A stretch of 63,594 nucleotides of DNA, the filler included. It is 4 parts of 4 records of this genome, joined end to end, with 100 filler letters (N's around TTAATTAATTAA, not from the genome) between each part and the next. Parts side by side here need not be neighbours in the genome. Positions count along the whole stretch, not along the records: positions 40,047 to 53,613 come from DRR723986_3497; 3 more parts are not named here. One strand, given 5' to 3'. Below the pieces are notes generated by a model. The model searched no databases and had not been told where the DNA came from. It saw only the letters and a program-made list of their open reading frames with translations. Shown piece after piece: positions 40,048 to 48,709 of this stretch. Positions within the stretch are counted from its first letter, which is position 1. Each line of letters opens with the position of its first letter. Position numbers and translations under genes: made by a program.

Positions 40048-43000
40048 AATCGCGGGAAGCGCGGTTTTCCGGATGACTTTCATTCCACCGACGTTGAATA
40101 CTACAACAAGGCTCCCAAGAACGAAACCTATGCGGTCGGTGCCAGCCAAAGCGGACAGATTGCCAGTATAGAGGGCTTGCCGATCAATGCAGGCTTAAGC
40201 GCCATGATCCGCTACAATACACACACTGGTTGGTCCAGTGTGCAGGGCTATTCGCTTTCTGCGGCCGGTATCCTGAACTTTGGCTATCGTATTGAAGACG
40301 GATACGGCAAATTCAGTCTCACTGTTTCTCCGCTGAATCTTGTCGCTGCGCTGGCGATGCAGGCTACAGACTACCAGGAAGTCAAGCGGGATCTTGCAGG
40401 CTCAGAAATCGGGCCAATAACAGTTGAGCAGCATAATGCTGTCGTTAAAGCAATACGCGGTAATCAATCATTTAACAGTGTGACCTCGCAACTGGCCGGC
40501 AAGATCAGTGCATACCTTAACAATGCTGCCGTCGTGCAGACGATGCCTGCCAAAGCGCCTAAGTATTCCGGCGAGCACTACCTTGTCAATTTCAGAATGC
40601 ACACATCAACGGCTCCGGGAATGCCGGCCCAGGCCGGGCCGATTGGGGGACAATATGGTAGCTATACCTGGCAGCAGCCGGAAGCCAAACAAACCAAACA
40701 GGCTTTTGGGTACATGTACACCGGCGATGCACATTACTATGACTCGCGTGACGATGCCGTCGTAGACTACATGACCGAGAAGTCAGGCAATTTCACGCGT
40801 AAGGATCGCTACCTTGGAATACCGTTCAGCAATGCAGATAATTTCAGTGTCACCGGCGAAGGATTAAGTGGAGCCTTCCGTATGCACAACCGCCGCGTTG
40901 GAATACTGCACCCCAACCGTGAAAAGAGTAAACTGACGTCCCACGAAATTGGCCTTGAACCCGGCATCGGAACACATTGGGGAGTGGGGTTTGATTACAA
41001 AGTTGGCTTTCAGCGTGTTAACATCGACGAATGGCATGGCCCGCTGAACAGTCAGCTGGAGTTTGCGACGCATGCGGATTCGGCGTCTTCATGGTATGAT
41101 GGCGAACCATACTTTTTCCGCTTTAACGGTGACAAGGGCGGCATACTTGAATTTGACGACGATAGTGATCCGCTGAGCACCGAGATACTTCCAAGTTTCA
41201 ATGAGCCCCTTCCGGATTTGACGGAGTTTCATCCCCATCTCAATGAGGGTGATCGCACAGGACGCTCTTCACTGATTTGTTACAATACCAATGCTGAGAT
41301 GCTTGAAACGAATGGTGGTGTTAACTACCGCGCCTTTACGCGCGACAGCATGAATCTGTTTGGACATGTAAAACGCGATGACGCCGCGCTGCTTAAACAA
41401 ATCGGCGAAATTGCGGTGCTGAATCAGAGCGGAAACCGCTACCAGTACGGCCTGCCGGTTTACTCACGCAACGAACGGTCCATGCGTTTTATCACAGGCA
41501 GCGGCAGTACAATCGACAAGACCTTTTTGTTTACTGAGCGGCATGAGGATTCACATGATCATGTCAGCGGCCATGTCGTTAATACTCCTTATGCGAGCAG
41601 CTATCTGCTCACCTCCATCACCAGTCCCAGCTACCTGGACAGAACTGGCGATGGACCAAGTGCTGACGATTTCGGTGGTTACACAAGTTTTGACTACCGT
41701 CGAACCGCAGGCACATATTCAAAACCCGGAGAAGACACGGATGATGAGTGGTACAAATGGCGCTCACCCTATATCGGCTATCACTACGATCCGGGCAAGT
41801 TAATTACTGCCAAAGACAACAGCGGAACGGTGGCGTCCGGTGAAAAAGAAATGTATTACCTGCGCAAGGTTGAAACCAAGTCGCACGTAGCATACTTTGT
41901 GTGCAACAAAACCGCAGATACCGTAGAGCGTGGCGGTATGGACGACCTGGTAATTCTGGGATCCGGTGATGAGCGTTTTGATGCATTTGAAGCGTATCGC
42001 GGTGCATCTGAAAACGCCATTCAGGAAGAAAAGAAGTCGGCAGCCGGTGCGGAATACGAGGCATTTGACGGTAACTGGTCCAGCGAACTCAGTGGCCGGG
42101 TTTTCGACGGGCATACCAGCGTTACGATGGATGAGAGTGCGCAGAGTGTCCAAACGCCCAACAAAACTGAATATCTGGAGCGCATAGAAGTCTATGCCAA
42201 AAATGCCGATGGTGTTCCCGAGAAGTTATTGCGCACGGTGCACTTCGAGTACGACTACTCACTCATGTATTCACATCCAACCGGCTACGATGCGTATTTC
42301 TTTCATAAGGATACACTGCGGGATGATAGTGGTGCTGATACGCTCGTTCTGTGTGATACAATTTACCGTGGTCCGAGTCGCCTGAATTCGGCTGCTAACT
42401 ATTCAGTTGACGGAGTCACTCTATCTGAACATGCGTCAACACACGTTACCAAGTATCGCCATGGCAAGTTAACACTCAAGCGCGTCTGGATGGAACATGA
42501 AGGCGTTGTTAATGCGCGCATCAGTCCCTACGACTTTGAATACACCTACAAGTGTGATAAGAGTTCGCATTATGCCGCTGAAGTACGGTCCAAATATCCA
42601 GACATTGTCAGTGCAACGAATACGTACAGCGACTCCTGTGCTGCGCACCCAAGAGCAAACGAGAACCCCGCATATAGCCTCAGTGCGTATGACCGTTGGG
42701 GTTTTTACGATGCGCAGATGCCGGAACGTCGCCGCAAACACAACCCTTATGTTCCGCAAAATCCGAATCCGTATGACGATCCCGCCGTGTGGCATCTCAA
42801 ACGTATTCGCCTGCCGTCGGGTGGTGAGATTAACATTCAATATGAGCGCAATTCCTATTGCCATGTGCAGGATCAACCCGCGATGGCAATGGTAAAACTG
42901 TTTGACCTGAGGGCCGATGAACCGCTCTTCGGTAAAAATACCTACCGCTGTTATCTCGACGTCAAAAATGAGCTTGGAATTACCGATTTGGCGGAAAAAC

Positions 43001-46000
43001 AGGCTCTGGCCGGCAAGATTCGTGATGAACTTGGAAAAGGAAGCGGCGAGCGGATCTATTTTCGTTTTCTCTACAAGATGAAGGATTGTGACATTAGTTC
43101 GCGTACCACGACTTTCCCGTCTTTGGCCTGTGATTATGTCACGGGGTATAGCAATGTTGTTAATGCCGGTGTGGAAATAGATTACTACGGACAGGATCGA
43201 TTATGGGTCGACTTGCGTAGCGATATAACACCGGTAGACGTTGCTGATGAGTTCATCAAAACAAATCAAGCCAAAGACTATTCCTGCGACAGCCAGATAG
43301 AACTCCCCGATGCCGATTATACCAGCGGAGATTTCTGGGAAAAAATGTTGGTGGGTTTGCCGGTCATACCAATTCTTGATCAGATACGCAATCAACTGTT
43401 TGATCCCTATACTACCAAGCCGATCTATGAGTTCTCCTACCTGCGGATTCCATTAACACAGCCCAAACTTGGAGGTGGAGTGCGTGTTAAACGTTTGCTC
43501 ATGTATGATGAAGGCCTTGAAAGTGGCGACGCGGTCCTCTATGGCAGCGAGTACCTCTATGAAAATGAAGACGGAACCTGTAGTGGTGTTGCGACGAATG
43601 AACCGGGCGAAGGGCGTGAAGCCAACTCCCTGGTCCGGTACTTGAAAAAACGGGATGAACGCAACATTCTGGAATTCCTTGCAGCAGGCTCCGACATCCA
43701 GCAGTTTGAAGGGCCTCTTGGTGAAACACTTCTGCCTGGTCCTGTTGTTAACTATGGCCGTGTGGTTACAAAGAGTATTCACTCCGGCAAAACAGGAACC
43801 GGTTATGCTGTCAGCGAGTTTTTCACCGCGAAGGACTATCCCATCAAAGCCAGAAACACCGACATAAACGTAAAGACAAAATGGACAGACGCCGTGGCGG
43901 AGATCTTATTCCAATCATCCGTTTCGCGCTATTGGGCGACGCAGGGATATACTTTTGAAGTTAATGGAATGCATGGCCAGCCCAAACGGACTGCCAAATA
44001 CGGTGGAGCGTACGACCCTGCAGATCAGAACTCGGCATACCTGGTGGAATCTGTCGAGTATGAATACTTCGAGCCCGGTGAAGAGATTCCCGTGTTTAAG
44101 GGAATTGATCAGCCTATATCATTTGAACACCTCGGCAAACAGCAAGAGCTGCTGATAGAAGCGCAAAGTGTTGATGACCGTACAGATTTTGTTGGGACCA
44201 GCGGCGATGCTGGGATTGTCTTTCCCAGTACGTTCTTTATTCCGGCGTTCTTCATAACGTTTTCCGGTGCCAGTTACAATTACGATGAAGCGATTGTAAA
44301 ATCATATGTTACCAACAAAGTGGTTCACTATCCCGTGTTTCAAAAGTCCGTAACGATGCAGAAAGAAGGCATCACACACAAAACGATGAACATAGCCTTT
44401 GATGCTGCCAGCGGTGAGCCCATCATTACCATTAATGCAGATGCATATGACAAGTTAAACCTTCCACAAAGTAGTGCGCATAAAGGTGTGCATGCACAAT
44501 ACCGTATTCCAGCCTGGCAGCAATATCCTGTACTTGGCCAGGCAGCGGAAAACTACCGACTGCGCGGCACAGCGGCGACCTACAACTCATTAACAAAGTT
44601 CCTGGCGCTTAACAGCCCCGAGAGTAGAATATATGTTGGTGATCAGATTAAACTACGTAACGATAACAAGGATGAAGCCTTGTTTCACGTGACGGATATT
44701 GATCCCGGTGCATCCTTTGTTAACCTGCAATTGTTGTCATTTAGCACAGACATTTCCAGTGGAACGGTAGAGTGGGAAATCATCCGCAGCGCCAAACAAA
44801 ATCACCTTGCATTGTCTGCGGGTGCCTTAACGACCTACGGGCTTGATTCAGCTGACATTGTCACAACAAGTGACTTTACGGCTTTGACAAGTAACGTGTT
44901 AGCTGCCTCAGCCACCGTCTATTCCGACTACTGGCCCTATGACAATAGTGTCTATGGTGAAGTGAATCCAGGCGCGCTTAACACACCAACTGACTATGAA
45001 ACGGGCGTGCGCGGCCGCTGGCGGCCCTACCGGTCTTACGTCTATCGTGGCGAGACCGAGTCGGGCGTTTCAAGTAGTGATGATCGCAATTATGCCGACG
45101 CGGGTGTAATGAGCAGTTTCAGCTTTTTTGACTGGGATAACACCTCTAACAACGGCTCAAATTGGCTTGGCATGACGGAAGTCACACGCCTATCGCCACA
45201 TGGTGAAGTACTTGAAGAAGTTGACATTTTGGGTATTCCATCGGCGGCACGGTTTGCGCATCGTAATCAGGTGGCAAAGATGGTGGCGGCAAATGCTGAA
45301 TATGGCAGCCTGCTCTTCCGCAGCTTTGAAGAAGGTGATGGTAACAGCCCCGGAATTGCACATTCGGGTTCCAATTCTTACAGGTTTAACACGGCCGGAT
45401 ATGTCACCATCGACAGTGTCGAGGCCGGTACGCGTTTACGGGAAAGCGGCGCTGTCCTGCATCTGTGGGCCAAAGGTGGTCCCACTCCGCCGGTGGCGGC
45501 GCGGATTGACGGAAGCAATGTCACTTTACAGAAGCTCGCTCAAACCGGTGAATGGACCTTGTACCAGGGAACGGTCGGCACGGGCAGCTTGCGCGAAACC
45601 GGCAGCCCGCTTCATCTGGAACTTAACAGGCTGGGTACGGAAGTGTATATCGATGACGTGCGCATGCAGCCGCTCGACGCCCAGGCGACATGTTATGTCT
45701 ATGATGCCGACAATCTAAGGCTAATCACCCAGTTCGATGATCAACATTTTGGCCTGTACTATCAATATTCGGCCGAAGGTAAACTCACGCGCCGCATGAT
45801 TGAAACAGTCGATGGTTTGAAAACCGTACAGGAAACACAGTATCACACGCCGCTGCTTGCTCGCAGTAGCGTGGGGCTTGGCGGAGCGCATGCTGAATCC
45901 TTTATTGCACCGCTTGCACTACCGGAATCACAGAAGTACCTGCAGTATTCAATGCCTGGAAGTGATTTTCGCCGGATTGGCGGCGGAGAATTGGAGCGTG

Positions 46001-46110
46001 ACAGCGGTGCCGAATTCGACATGCTGCAACTGGATGTTAATGGCAATGAAGGAACACTTAACATTCTTAACATTGACACGCTCGAAGTAAAAAACACGGA
46101 GAAGCCCTAA
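40048..46110 (+). CDS. Giant (>2020 aa, 5'-truncated) YD/Rhs-shell-like protein, TcB-like half
   Basis: The frame is open from the contig edge (NRGKRGFPDDF...). Tyr-rich beta-hairpin motifs YLLTSITS, YLRKVET, HFEYDY, LTLKRV, YDRWG, WHLKRIRLPSGGEINIQYE, GGGVRVKR, YVYD..YYQYSAEGKL. A CBM-like jelly-roll (SFEEG..AHSG..WTLY..YIDDVR) lies near the C-terminus. Confidence 0.7.
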   Translation, partial: NRGKRGFPDDFHSTDVEYYNKAPKNETYAVGASQSGQIASIEGLPINAGLSAMIRYNTHTGWSSVQGYSLSAAGILNFGYRIEDGYGKFSLTVSPLNLVAALAMQATDYQEVKRDLAGSEIGPITVEQHNAVVKAIRGNQSFNSVTSQLAGKISAYLNNAAVVQTMPAKAPKYSGEHYLVNFRMHTSTAPGMPAQAGPIGGQYGSYTWQQPEAKQTKQAFGYMYTGDAHYYDSRDDAVVDYMTEKSGNFTRKDRYLGIPFSNADNFSVTGEGLSGAFRMHNRRVGILHPNREKSKLTSHEIGLEPGIGTHWGVGFDYKVGFQRVNIDEWHGPLNSQLEFATHADSASSWYDGEPYFFRFNGDKGGILEFDDDSDPLSTEILPSFNEPLPDLTEFHPHLNEGDRTGRSSLICYNTNAEMLETNGGVNYRAFTRDSMNLFGHVKRDDAALLKQIGEIAVLNQSGNRYQYGLPVYSRNERSMRFITGSGSTIDKTFLFTERHEDSHDHVSGHVVNTPYASSYLLTSITSPSYLDRTGDGPSADDFGGYTSFDYRRTAGTYSKPGEDTDDEWYKWRSPYIGYHYDPGKLITAKDNSGTVASGEKEMYYLRKVETKSHVAYFVCNKTADTVERGGMDDLVILGSGDERFDAFEAYRGASENAIQEEKKSAAGAEYEAFDGNWSSELSGRVFDGHTSVTMDESAQSVQTPNKTEYLERIEVYAKNADGVPEKLLRTVHFEYDYSLMYSHPTGYDAYFFHKDTLRDDSGADTLVLCDTIYRGPSRLNSAANYSVDGVTLSEHASTHVTKYRHGKLTLKRVWMEHEGVVNARISPYDFEYTYKCDKSSHYAAEVRSKYPDIVSATNTYSDSCAAHPRANENPAYSLSAYDRWGFYDAQMPERRRKHNPYVPQNPNPYDDPAVWHLKRIRLPSGGEINIQYERNSYCHVQDQPAMAMVKLFDLRADEPLFGKNTYRCYLDVKNELGITDLAEKQALAGKIRDELGKGSGERIYFRFLYKMKDCDISSRTTTFPSLACDYVTGYSNVVNAGVEIDYYGQDRLWVDLRSDITPVDVADEFIKTNQAKDYSCDSQIELPDADYTSGDFWEKMLVGLPVIPILDQIRNQLFDPYTTKPIYEFSYLRIPLTQPKLGGGVRVKRLLMYDEGLESGDAVLYGSEYLYENEDGTCSGVATNEPGEGREANSLVRYLKKRDERNILEFLAAGSDIQQFEGPLGETLLPGPVVNYGRVVTKSIHSGKTGTGYAVSEFFTAKDYPIKARNTDINVKTKWTDAVAEILFQSSVSRYWATQGYTFEVNGMHGQPKRTAKYGGAYDPADQNSAYLVESVEYEYFEPGEEIPVFKGIDQPISFEHLGKQQELLIEAQSVDDRTDFVGTSGDAGIVFPSTFFIPAFFITFSGASYNYDEAIVKSYVTNKVVHYPVFQKSVTMQKEGITHKTMNIAFDAASGEPIITINADAYDKLNLPQSSAHKGVHAQYRIPAWQQYPVLGQAAENYRLRGTAATYNSLTKFLALNSPESRIYVGDQIKLRNDNKDEALFHVTDIDPGASFVNLQLLSFSTDISSGTVEWEIIRSAKQNHLALSAGALTTYGLDSADIVTTSDFTALTSNVLAASATVYSDYWPYDNSVYGEVNPGALNTPTDYETGVRGRWRPYRSYVYRGETESGVSSSDDRNYADAGVMSSFSFFDWDNTSNNGSNWLGMTEVTRLSPHGEVLEEVDILGIPSAARFAHRNQVAKMVAANAEYGSLLFRSFEEGDGNSPGIAHSGSNSYRFNTAGYVTIDSVEAGTRLRESGAVLHLWAKGGPTPPVAARIDGSNVTLQKLAQTGEWTLYQGTVGTGSLRETGSPLHLELNRLGTEVYIDDVRMQPLDAQATCYVYDADNLRLITQFDDQHFGLYYQYSAEGKLTRRMIETVDGLKTVQETQYHTPLLARSSVGLGGAHAESFIAPLALPESQKYLQYSMPGSDFRRIGGGELERDSGAEFDMLQLDVNGNEGTLNILNIDTLEVKNTEKP

Positions 46111-46111
46111 C

Positions 46112-46837
46112 ATGCGGAAAAGTACAACAACATGCTCAATGTATGTGCTAATGTGTGTAGTCCTCGCAGCGTTTACCTTAAGTGTCCAGTCCGTGTACGC
46201 TGCCGATCCGACACCCTGTGATCCCTGCCGCTGGACCAATGATGCCTGGAGTGCGGAAACCGGCTACGATGTGCTGCTGACGACGCATTGCCGTGCTACG
46301 ATCTACTATAAAACACGCAAGTGTATTAATGATGGTTGCAACGAAGTCAAAATAGATCGCATCGTGTTCTCCGATTCATGTGACCGGCGTCAGATTAATC
46401 AGAATGCAGAGGAATCACGCCTCGGAACCATCTTCTATGATTTTGTTAAAAACAATCCAATGTCCTTCCCTCCGGTAACCAAAGGGGCAAGTAGTTGCTG
46501 GCGTTTTGTCATGCCGCGTTGCTGGCGCTATGGTGATCCTCCCTGCCTTGGCGAGCCGAGTTACAGCGAGCCCAAATTGGTTTTACTTCCCTGTGATACC
46601 GATGATTGCTGTGTGAGTCAGGTTGTTGTCCTTAAGGACGCGTGTGAAGAACTGCAAATATTTGAATATCCGCTGGACGAAGATATGGCAAGCTTAACTG
46701 GATTCATCGATATGTATGACAGAACGAAAACATGTAGCGAGTGTCCCCCGGCCGTCGAAGGTTATCCCGAAATTATCAATTGCGCCAATTATTGCAGCAA
46801 ATTGTTGTATGAGGGCCTGATTGAGATTTCCCAGTAA
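46112..46837 (+). CDS. Cysteine-rich secreted hypothetical protein
   Basis: Starts 1 bp after the upstream stop; signal peptide ending VYA-AD; 19 Cys in 241 aa by hand count. Confidence 0.75.
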   Translation: MRKSTTTCSMYVLMCVVLAAFTLSVQSVYAADPTPCDPCRWTNDAWSAETGYDVLLTTHCRATIYYKTRKCINDGCNEVKIDRIVFSDSCDRRQINQNAEESRLGTIFYDFVKNNPMSFPPVTKGASSCWRFVMPRCWRYGDPPCLGEPSYSEPKLVLLPCDTDDCCVSQVVVLKDACEELQIFEYPLDEDMASLTGFIDMYDRTKTCSECPPAVEGYPEIINCANYCSKLLYEGLIEISQ

Positions 46838-46878
46838 AACCATGATGCTTCAGGGACATTGTCCAAGGAATAACAAAG

Positions 46879-47613
46879 ATGAATCGATTGAATTATACCT
46901 TCTTCGCGTTTTTCGCAATCCTATTGTTGCCGTTGAATGTCCATGCCGGCAATGCGGATGCAGTAATCGCACTGATGACGGCTCTGGATGACCTGCAAGA
47001 ATACGAGGGGCACGGGAAGTTCCACCTGGATCTTGAAGTCAGCATCCACCGGCGCAGCAAACAGACGACCGTACCGGAAACTTCTCGCACACAGATATTG
47101 TGTTTTGATGGTCGGATGCAGGTCCGGCATGGCGAAGGGCAAATCATCGTGGACAACGAAGCATTTGTTGGGATACTTGCCGAACACAATCGTGTCATTG
47201 TGCGCCATTTGACGCCTGCCGAAGCGCAGCGAACAAAAGATCAATCATTTGCGCTGGGTTCCCTGCGTGACTCGTTGATTAAAATGAGTTCGGTTGAGCA
47301 GGATGAGCAAATAGACGGCTTGCGTCATATTCAGCTGCTGACAACACGAGAAATGCGCAAGCGCAGCCAGATTATCAGTATCCATGCCTGGCTTGATAGT
47401 GCAAGTGGAGAGCTGGAGCGACTGGCAATCGACTATTCGAGCAAGGCTCCGTTCAGGCACGCTGAGTTCACGGTTCTGGCGCTTAAACGTGGTGACGAGG
47501 TCAGTGAGTTACCTCCCGAGCCGCTGGCGGCAGTCTTTGACCGGAAGGGAGACCTGCTGCCGAAGTATGCAGATTTTACCCTGATCGACCTTAGAGACGA
47601 GGCTGCGAACTGA
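46879..47613 (+). CDS. Secreted hypothetical protein, possibly LolA-like fold
   Basis: Signal peptide ending VHA-G; AAGGA RBS; an alternating beta-strand pattern with 'HAWLDSASGELERLAIDY' reminiscent of LolA-like proteins (fold is inference). Confidence 0.65.
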   Translation: MNRLNYTFFAFFAILLLPLNVHAGNADAVIALMTALDDLQEYEGHGKFHLDLEVSIHRRSKQTTVPETSRTQILCFDGRMQVRHGEGQIIVDNEAFVGILAEHNRVIVRHLTPAEAQRTKDQSFALGSLRDSLIKMSSVEQDEQIDGLRHIQLLTTREMRKRSQIISIHAWLDSASGELERLAIDYSSKAPFRHAEFTVLALKRGDEVSELPPEPLAAVFDRKGDLLPKYADFTLIDLRDEAAN

Positions 47614-47696
47614 TCGTGATTGGACGCGTGCGCCCGCTCTCGTATCTTTTATCTCTAAACGCACTATTTCACAGACTTCAAACAGGACTTACACAT

Positions 47697-48557
47697 ATGA
47701 TTGCCAAGCGCACTTTCTTGACCATAACCTTCTTGTTTGTTATTGGGTTTACAGCGTGCAGCGACGATGACGGTCCCGCAGACCCCGGCACCGAGCCCGA
47801 AAACAGGGTCGGTATTGAAATGGTGCGTGTTGAGCCGGCGACGTTTATTCGTGGTGATGACCTTGATATTACCGCTCAGCCCAAACAGCAAGTTACCATC
47901 ACGAAGGCATTCTGGATTGGAAAGTACGAACTGCTTGGGGCAGAATACGATAAGGTCATGGGAGCAGGAATGCGCTACCACGAATCCGACAGACACCCGG
48001 TAGACTCCATTACCTGGTTTGATGCTGTTGAAATCTGTAATCGCATGTCAACATTTGAAGGTTTAACACTCGCATACACGATTGATGGTGAGGAAGTGAC
48101 CTGGGATCAAACTGCCAATGGTTACCGATTGCCGACCGAAGCAGAATGGGAAATGGCTTGCCGCGCAGGAACCAGTACTTCCATCTATAATGGCGAAATG
48201 CCCGAGGTACTCGGTGAGCGCCCCAGAACACATCCTTTGCTTGACGAAATTGCTTGGTATTTGAAAACCGATGAAGGTGGACTCTCGCCGTTTCCTGTTG
48301 GCGGTAAAAAACCTAATCAGTTTGGCCTGTATGACATGTTGGGCAATCTGGCCGAGTGGACTTGGGACTGGTTCGGTCCCTATGAAAATGGTTCGCTGGT
48401 TGATCCAATAATAACTCGCAACTCGAACAAGAGAATTAGTCGCGGTGGCGCATATTTACAAGAGCCGAATGTGATCAGATGTGGAACCCGTAACGATGTC
48501 CGGCCAGATGCGGGTGGTGCCGGGGCCGGTGTTCGTATTGCTCGAAACATCGATTAA
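47697..48557 (+). CDS. FGE-sulfatase (SUMF1 / C-type-lectin-fold) domain lipoprotein
   Basis: Lipobox FTAC; FWIGKYE, HPVDSITWFDA, GYRLPTEAEWEMACRAG, PNQFGLYDMLGNLAEW, RGGAY..GVRIAR. Confidence 0.92.
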   Translation: MIAKRTFLTITFLFVIGFTACSDDDGPADPGTEPENRVGIEMVRVEPATFIRGDDLDITAQPKQQVTITKAFWIGKYELLGAEYDKVMGAGMRYHESDRHPVDSITWFDAVEICNRMSTFEGLTLAYTIDGEEVTWDQTANGYRLPTEAEWEMACRAGTSTSIYNGEMPEVLGERPRTHPLLDEIAWYLKTDEGGLSPFPVGGKKPNQFGLYDMLGNLAEWTWDWFGPYENGSLVDPIITRNSNKRISRGGAYLQEPNVIRCGTRNDVRPDAGGAGAGVRIARNID

Positions 48558-48709
48558 CTCGTTGTAAGGGGCACGCGTACTCTCAGGCTCAGGTGCAACC
48601 TTGATGAACAGCAGCTTGTTTAAGCTTCTGTTTGAACGCACCGAAGTACAAATTTAAATCAAATTCTTGTTTAATCTAACACTGCTTATTGAGCAGTGGA
48701 GGGATTGTC

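Noticed and set aside
48430-48557. C-terminus of the FGE protein as a DGR variable region
   Set aside because: No template repeat differing only at adenines and no reverse transcriptase were seen in the window.
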